This document shows positions 58,124 through 64,000 of a stretch of 64,000 nt of DNA, piece after piece. Both the position numbers and the translations under genes were made by a program. The DNA is from Candidatus Thorarchaeota archaeon SMTZ1-45. Lineage in GTDB: Archaea > Asgardarchaeota > Thorarchaeia > Thorarchaeales > Thorarchaeaceae. The notes under the pieces were generated by a model. The model searched no databases. It was not told where the DNA came from and saw nothing but the letters and a program-made list of their open reading frames with translations. Within the stretch, counting starts at the first letter, position 1. The number at the start of each line of letters is the position of its first letter. The stretch is taken from the NCBI GenBank assembly GCA_001563335.1, contig LRSL01000069.1, forward strand, positions 32,001 to 96,000, read 5' to 3'.

Positions 58124-59254
58124 ATGTCTATGTCCAACAGTAATGAAGAAGTTGAATTTTGGCAGGGGAATCAGGCTTGCGCAGAAGCTGCGATTTCTGC
58201 AGGTTGTAGGTTTTTTGCTGGATATCCTATAACACCTGCTTCTGAAATTGCTGAAATCATGTCAATTAAACTTCCGAAGATTGGAGGAGTATATCTTCAA
58301 ATGGAAGATGAGATTGCTGCGATTTCTGCAGTTATTGGTAGCTCATGGGGTGGTGTGTTATCAATGACTGCAACTTCAGGTCCTGGGTTTAGTCTAATGC
58401 AAGAAGGTATAGGATATGCCATTATGACAGAAACCCCTTGTGTTATAGTGGATGTTCAGAGAGCTGGTCCTAGTACAGGTCAAGCTACAAAAGCAGCACA
58501 AGGAGACTTTATGCAATCTCGATGGGGCACACATGGCGATTACGAAAGTATTGTACTTGCTCCTAATTCTGCACGAGAAACTTACGAACTCACATTAAAC
58601 TCGTTTAAACTATCTGAAAGATTACGGCATCCTGTAATTCTTTTATCAGACGAGATTGTGGCGCATTCGCGAGAAAGAGTTGTAATTGACAAGAGTGAGG
58701 ATAGTACGGTAAGAAGACGATATTCAAAGAGAGGAGATTTACCCTACGGAGTGGTTGATAGTGAGGGACATGCACTCATGCCAAGATTTGGTGATGGACA
58801 TGATTTACTCATAACTGGGTCTACTCATAATGAAAAGGGGTTACGAAAAACAGCAGACCCGGAGGTGCATGATAGATTAGTTCGCAGATTATCAACAAAG
58901 ATTCAGAACGCTCGTGGTTTATTGGAGGATTATCAAATTACAGGTCCTGCCAGAGCTAAATGGGGTGTTGTTTCATTTGGCTCTACATCTAGGGCAGTGA
59001 ATGAACTGATGGCAAATAACTCAGAGCCTACACTTCGATCTTTTCGACTTAGGACTTTGTGGCCCTTTCCGGACGATGCGATAAGAGAATTCGCCAAATC
59101 TGTTGATAAGCTAATGGTTCCAGAGCTGAGTCTTGGTCAATTATCAAGAGAAGTAGATCGGGTTGTGAAGGGAATGGTAGATGTTGTTCCATTGTACAAG
59201 ATTGGTGGAGGACTCATGATTGAACCAGATGAGATTCTTTCAGTGATATCATAG
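58124..59254 (+). CDS. 2-oxoacid:ferredoxin oxidoreductase alpha subunit
   Basis: GN.A.AE.A, FAGYPITP, QMEDEI, TATSGPG, QR.GPSTG. Confidence 0.92.
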   Translation: MSMSNSNEEVEFWQGNQACAEAAISAGCRFFAGYPITPASEIAEIMSIKLPKIGGVYLQMEDEIAAISAVIGSSWGGVLSMTATSGPGFSLMQEGIGYAIMTETPCVIVDVQRAGPSTGQATKAAQGDFMQSRWGTHGDYESIVLAPNSARETYELTLNSFKLSERLRHPVILLSDEIVAHSRERVVIDKSEDSTVRRRYSKRGDLPYGVVDSEGHALMPRFGDGHDLLITGSTHNEKGLRKTADPEVHDRLVRRLSTKIQNARGLLEDYQITGPARAKWGVVSFGSTSRAVNELMANNSEPTLRSFRLRTLWPFPDDAIREFAKSVDKLMVPELSLGQLSREVDRVVKGMVDVVPLYKIGGGLMIEPDEILSVIS

Positions 59255-60948
59255 TCTTGACTTTCTTCATTGATCGAGCATTTTGTAAATGAGTTGTTAT
59301 CACTTGTCGTAATCACGATTGTGATATTTGTGCGCATCCAGACTCTGATAGATATTGAAATATTAATGGTATTGAAAAATTGACTACTGATTATGAAAGT
59401 GATATTATGAAGACCTGGTGATATCCAAGGGGGAAGCAAAATCGCTTGAGGCGTACTTGAATTAATAATGTCAGTTATTGTAAAGGGGATAGATAAATTA
59501 TCACAGAATATTGTTACATTAGCCAAATATACTGTTTGATTATTATCATCCAAAAGTCCTAGATTGAATTCTAAAGTTTCGTCATAAAATGCGATTTCGT
59601 CTGATACGTTTGCAGTCATTGTTCCAGTAACAAGAATATTGATTTCAGGACTCACTACAAACTGATAGTATTCATTCAAATGAGATATGTATACAGTATG
59701 ATGTCCAACTGAAATACTGTGCCAGATTGGAATTGTGACAAAGCTGGGTACATTAGGTTGAACATCAAATCTTTGTTCAAATTGTAGTGATTCAGCAATG
59801 AATTGAAGTTCTATTGATTGGTTCCATTCAAGATATTGTTTAATTAGAAACTCTATCGTAATGTTCTGGCTTCTTATGACATTCCAATATGGCTGGATTG
59901 ATGAGAATTGTATTTGATTAGGTAGAACATCTATCACAGTTGTTGTATTTGCAGTTTGAAATTGAGAATTCATTGCTGTGAAATTAATATGATAAAGTCC
60001 TGGGCAGGTATTGAAAGGGATTGTACTTGAATATAGACCACTTCCTAGATTTGTCATTATTCCAGAACCGAATGTTGCAATCCATTGAATTGTACTATCA
60101 TTTATAGCTCTAGATTCTAGATCAGTATGTTCTACTATAATTTCAGCCTGTTCGAAATGTTCTCCGTCAGGTGATTGACAATATACCGAAGCTGGTGACG
60201 AAATTATTGTTAGATTAGATATTGAAGGAAGAACTGTGACTTGAAATAAGTCTGAAAAAGGAAGAAAGTCCTCAGTTCCGTAGCTGGAAACTGTTAGATT
60301 GTATAAACCAGGAGATCCTAGTGACTCACTCCAATTAAGTTGCAATATTCCTTCTGAGGTTGTGGTTGTGTTCTTTTGAAAAACAGTTTGAGAGTTTGAA
60401 TTCTTTACATGTAAGGTGACGGGTTCATTCGCGTAGAATATATTATTGCTGTATATACTTGTTATCTGTAGTGAGAGTGAAGTGTTCAGTCCATATTGAA
60501 CTGATAGGGGTGATAGTGGAATCGTGGTCAGATGACCTCTATTGATTATGATTTCGATATTATCACCAGCACTTTGATATACTGTGTCAAAGATTTCTAC
60601 AGAAAATAGAACAAAGGCCTGTACTCCAGTTTCGTTAGGAGAAGTATAATCTGGCATAATAGTATATGATGAATTTAGGTAACGGACTGTAGGAGATGGA
60701 GGAATGAAATACTCATCTGCAAAGGATGGTCCAGTATCAGTCACTATAGCAAATGAAGCATAGCACCATCCTTCATCGCTGAAATCAGCGGTAAGTTTTG
60801 CAACCATGTCAATTGTTTCTCCGACCTCGTAGACCAATTTATCTGTTTCAAAATATTGGAAATCAAAATAAAAAGCTGAAACTGGAATAGTAAAGCAAGT
60901 AAAAAAGAGGATAGAAATCGTGAGAAGTGCTGTTGGTTTTCGTGTCAT
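59137..60948 (-). CDS. Secreted/surface protein with predicted Ig-like beta-sandwich repeats
   Basis: Signal peptide MTRKPTALL...PVSA; many N-x-S/T sequons; repeated 'PG.Y/H.I...' motifs. Confidence 0.7.
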   Translation of the reverse strand: MTRKPTALLTISILFFTCFTIPVSAFYFDFQYFETDKLVYEVGETIDMVAKLTADFSDEGWCYASFAIVTDTGPSFADEYFIPPSPTVRYLNSSYTIMPDYTSPNETGVQAFVLFSVEIFDTVYQSAGDNIEIIINRGHLTTIPLSPLSVQYGLNTSLSLQITSIYSNNIFYANEPVTLHVKNSNSQTVFQKNTTTTSEGILQLNWSESLGSPGLYNLTVSSYGTEDFLPFSDLFQVTVLPSISNLTIISSPASVYCQSPDGEHFEQAEIIVEHTDLESRAINDSTIQWIATFGSGIMTNLGSGLYSSTIPFNTCPGLYHINFTAMNSQFQTANTTTVIDVLPNQIQFSSIQPYWNVIRSQNITIEFLIKQYLEWNQSIELQFIAESLQFEQRFDVQPNVPSFVTIPIWHSISVGHHTVYISHLNEYYQFVVSPEINILVTGTMTANVSDEIAFYDETLEFNLGLLDDNNQTVYLANVTIFCDNLSIPFTITDIINSSTPQAILLPPWISPGLHNITFIISSQFFNTINISISIRVWMRTNITIVITTSDNNSFTKCSINEESQDYDITERISSGSIMSPPPILYNGTTSTIPFTTRSTSLDN

Positions 60949-61070
60949 CCAATTACACCGAAAGAGTGTCATTATCTTTCTTAAAAAACAGCACATGGAT
61001 TCAACGGTAGGTTTAATTCACAATGGCATGCCGTCAATTGTAGGTTTTAGTGGATAAAGGTGTATCATCC

Positions 61071-61436
61071 ATGGCGATTACGCTCAGGACTGCTGTCATA
61101 GATTCTGTTGAGGAAACTGAAACTAGAAGATTAAAACTGCTAAAGGTGTCTTCGAAAAGTGATGGTGCGATGCTCACATTGGAACTACCTGATGCACTAT
61201 CAGACACACTAAACACAAGTGATTCAATCACAGTTGTTATTGATTCCAAACCTATTACGAAAGGTGAACAAGCAAAACTCTACATTGAAGGTAGTGTTTT
61301 CAAGAAATCAGAGAAAAATGGTCTAGAAGTCGTTGGATCAGTAGGTGGATTACGATTAGTCTTTTCACTTACAAAATCTACTCCAAGCCAAAGCAATGTT
61401 TTCAGCTCAGAGAAGTTCTTCCTTGCAATAATGTAG
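61071..61436 (+). CDS. rpoG: RNA polymerase subunit Rpo8 (RpoG/RPB8-like)
   Basis: About 120-aa OB-fold pattern with '.Y..G.V.K.......S.GGL' hallmark. Confidence 0.65.
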   Translation: MAITLRTAVIDSVEETETRRLKLLKVSSKSDGAMLTLELPDALSDTLNTSDSITVVIDSKPITKGEQAKLYIEGSVFKKSEKNGLEVVGSVGGLRLVFSLTKSTPSQSNVFSSEKFFLAIM

Positions 61437-61609
61437 AACCTTAGTCAAGGAGCCTATACTTGATTACTTTCGGCCATCTCTCTTTCTGACCGGACTGTCA
61501 AAGACTGTTTAATGTCAGGCACAGTTTGCTTGGATAGACAAGTGTTCTCTGGGAGTATATGTTTAGTATCTGAAACCTAGTTAGGAGTAATTGTGCACAC
61601 TCTCAATGG

Positions 61610-62653
61610 GTGTGGTTTTTGACTGATGGAACATGTGAATCTCGTTTAACAGATTCGAAATCTTGTCCTGATTGTAGTGGTTTTCTAGTCACTAGTCATG
61701 GACATATAGTGTGTGCTGAATGTGGTTTAGTACTCTCAAGAGAGTATGTTTTACCTACATACCAGATGGGAGAAAGACCTAGTAGTGACACTCCTGATGC
61801 AAGTATGTATGTATCCTTGGGAAATCGAATGCATATTGTAGATGGTCTTGGTAGTTACATAGGCTTTCACAAAGACAAGTATTTTCAAGACGCTCAAGGA
61901 CAGGCATTGTCTGGAAGAATGCAAAAGAAGTTCAAGCGTTTGAAAACGATATATAGTACTAGAATAAGAATTGGTAAAAATGAGGCAAAGTATAGAGCTT
62001 TGCGAACCCTCAATCATGTATCGAAACTTCTTATGATTAATGAGCAAGTTCGTGATCGAACTGCATATCTATACAAGAAAGTAGTGAACGAAACCTCAGG
62101 GAATGTTAGTAATAACATTCTATTGGTAGCAGTCTGTCTTCTTATGGCTGTAAGGGAGTTTAAAGATGAAGCTCCAATAACACTTGATGAGATTGCTGAT
62201 GTATTTGAAAAATGTGGGCACCGAGTCAATGTAAGAGCAATTGTACGGGAAGCCCTTAGGCTCAAATCACTTACAGGTTACTCGCCTGAAATACGGAAGC
62301 CAGAAGACTATGTTCCGAGGGTTATTTCTATGTTGATGAATAATCCAAAAGTGGTCAATAAGGTCCAATCAAGAGGTTGGAAGATAAAGGACTATGAGAA
62401 TGCTCTCAGAAACAAAATACTAGACGTTCTCAAGATAATTCCTTCTTCAAAGCGAGGCGGAAGAAACCCCTTCATATTTACGGTTTCAGCAGCCTATGCT
62501 AGCGATCGGTTGATCGCTGTGGAGTATGGAAAACGAGCAGTTCTAACTCAGAAGCTTGCCTCGACTGCAACAGAGGTGGCTGAGTACAGTATTAGAGACC
62601 ATTTTGGTATGATGAAAAGAGTCATCGAGTTGTCGCATGCAAGTATCCATTGA
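61610..62653 (+). CDS. Divergent TFB/TFIIB-like protein
   Basis: Zn ribbon CPDC...VCAECGLV, GLGS.I, two cyclin-like repeats ending 'TQK..S....V.EYSIR'. Confidence 0.75.
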   Translation: MWFLTDGTCESRLTDSKSCPDCSGFLVTSHGHIVCAECGLVLSREYVLPTYQMGERPSSDTPDASMYVSLGNRMHIVDGLGSYIGFHKDKYFQDAQGQALSGRMQKKFKRLKTIYSTRIRIGKNEAKYRALRTLNHVSKLLMINEQVRDRTAYLYKKVVNETSGNVSNNILLVAVCLLMAVREFKDEAPITLDEIADVFEKCGHRVNVRAIVREALRLKSLTGYSPEIRKPEDYVPRVISMLMNNPKVVNKVQSRGWKIKDYENALRNKILDVLKIIPSSKRGGRNPFIFTVSAAYASDRLIAVEYGKRAVLTQKLASTATEVAEYSIRDHFGMMKRVIELSHASIH

Positions 62654-62726
62654 TTAAATCTGCTAATCTAGGAGATTATTTGGAATTCTCTGTATAGATG
62701 ATTGTAACTATTAGGTGGATGATTAG

Positions 62727-64000
62727 TTGAGCTCAAACATCCAAGTGATTCATTGCCTGAACAGACGTTGTGAAACATGTCCCGAAAAAAGTGATTATGG
62801 CTGTTTGAAGCTTAGGAATATCAAAGAATCAGGAGGCAAAAAATCACAGGTAATGTTGGCTGAGGCTAAAAGAGGCTTAATTCATTTCTGTAAGTTATCT
62901 GAATTAAAAGAAACAGAACCTCCTTGGAGAAGTGAAGATTGGGAAACCGTTTTCATAGGTGTAAACAATCATCTGTTTGAGGTTTTAGAAGAAGTAATTT
63001 CAATATACACAGTTGGAGCTTATCTTTCTATATTTAAACGAGGTGAGTATAATCAAACGGAGTTCATTACAGTTCCACTGGTTAAAACCTCTCTGGAACA
63101 TTCTCTTATTGTAGATCTGAGTCATACATCAATTCCGATTGGAGATGGAATGTCTTCCTTTAGAGAGGGTATTACTCAAAAACTGAAACAGAGTACTGAA
63201 GATATTTCAAAATACATTATGAATCTAATACCTGAGATTAATTTTGTTAGAAGATTAGCACTTTCTGAAATTATTGCTCATCGTCGAAGCGTTCTTGGAC
63301 CAATAATACCAATCATTCTTGATGATTTGGTGGAGGAGATTTTTTTTGATAGTCCTGAAACTACAATATATTTTGACCATCAAAAATATGGTAGGTGTAT
63401 TACCAATATTACTTTTCAAGAACAGGAGATATCAAGGATTATCACGCTAATCCGTGCTGAGAGTAATCTTCACCTCGATAGAAGTAATCCTTCTCTAAAA
63501 ACTGATTTACAGATTTATAATGCCTCAATGCGTTTTTCTATGAGTGTGCCTCCACTTAGTCCTGATGGATTGCACCTTGAGATTCGTAGAGCCAAAAATA
63601 GTGCATTTTCGGTTCATGATTTGATTGAAAATGAAACGATGTCTCCAGAAGTTGCTGCGATTTTGCTTTTTGCTGTTTCATGTCGATTTAATATCACAAT
63701 AACAGGAGGTCCTGGAGCTGGAAAGACAACTCTTTTGAATGCATTGGATATGACAACTCCAAAGTGGTGGAGAAAAATTTACATTGAAGATGCTATTGAG
63801 AGCAGAAAACAAAAGGATACTCATCAGATTCGATTTAGAGTAAATCCTATTGATGAGCAATCGACGAAATTTAGTAAGAGTGATGAAATAGTAAAATGTC
63901 TTCATAGGTCACCAGATTATCTTATTCTTGGAGAAATCCAGACAGCAGAGCATAGCAAAGCTCTATTTCAGGCAATAACTGCAGGTCTTCGTACTATCCA
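62727..64000 (+). CDS. VirB11/TadA/CpaF-family secretion/pilus ATPase (runs off window end; absent from ORF track)
   Basis: TTG start after AGGTGG; open frame reaches ITITGGPGAGKTTLLNAL, IEDAIE, LHRSPDYLILGEIQ. Confidence 0.85.
   Translation, partial: MSSNIQVIHCLNRRCETCPEKSDYGCLKLRNIKESGGKKSQVMLAEAKRGLIHFCKLSELKETEPPWRSEDWETVFIGVNNHLFEVLEEVISIYTVGAYLSIFKRGEYNQTEFITVPLVKTSLEHSLIVDLSHTSIPIGDGMSSFREGITQKLKQSTEDISKYIMNLIPEINFVRRLALSEIIAHRRSVLGPIIPIILDDLVEEIFFDSPETTIYFDHQKYGRCITNITFQEQEISRIITLIRAESNLHLDRSNPSLKTDLQIYNASMRFSMSVPPLSPDGLHLEIRRAKNSAFSVHDLIENETMSPEVAAILLFAVSCRFNITITGGPGAGKTTLLNALDMTTPKWWRKIYIEDAIESRKQKDTHQIRFRVNPIDEQSTKFSKSDEIVKCLHRSPDYLILGEIQTAEHSKALFQAITAGLRTI

Noticed and set aside
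1-64000. CRISPR arrays, rRNA, IS elements, integrases, inteins, and the many short antisense ORFs in the track
   Set aside because: No spaced direct repeats or recombinase motifs seen; MCM, RFC and Cdc6 have normal lengths; short ORFs lie antisense to or within well-supported genes

Overview
Gene-dense archaeal core-genome window, most consistent with an Asgard archaeon (probably Thorarchaeia). This assignment is inferred from an Rpb8/RpoG-like subunit, PolD, a roadblock/DENN-like/small-GTPase operon and tRNAs with non-canonical introns. The window holds an hdrC-hdrB-hdrA-hdrA/mvhD operon ending in an unusual winged-helix/ferredoxin protein. It also holds a nearly complete replisome: two Orc1/Cdc6, MCM, GINS15, GINS23, PriS, two tandem PCNAs, RPA14-like, RFC-S/L, PolD DP1 and Hel308, with a mini-ORB cluster upstream of one cdc6. 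Other content includes transcription, translation and RNA-modification genes (TFS, Rpo11, Rpo8, TFB-like, Csl4, KEOPS, eS1, uS15, Lsm, FAU-1), nurA-herA, pyrG and four tRNA loci. The most notable items are: (1) a three-gene tandem-roadblock + DENN-like + MglA-type GTPase module; (2) the QmoAB-like Hdr operon with a 755-aa double-wHTH/2x[4Fe-4S] protein; (3) tRNAs with T-arm introns, including two related introns in one tRNA-Pro; (4) a tRNA-Gly with a broken 3' end overlapping an antisense tRNA-Leu-like relic. No CRISPR array, rRNA, transposase or integrase was seen. All family assignments come from motif recognition by eye, not from database searches.
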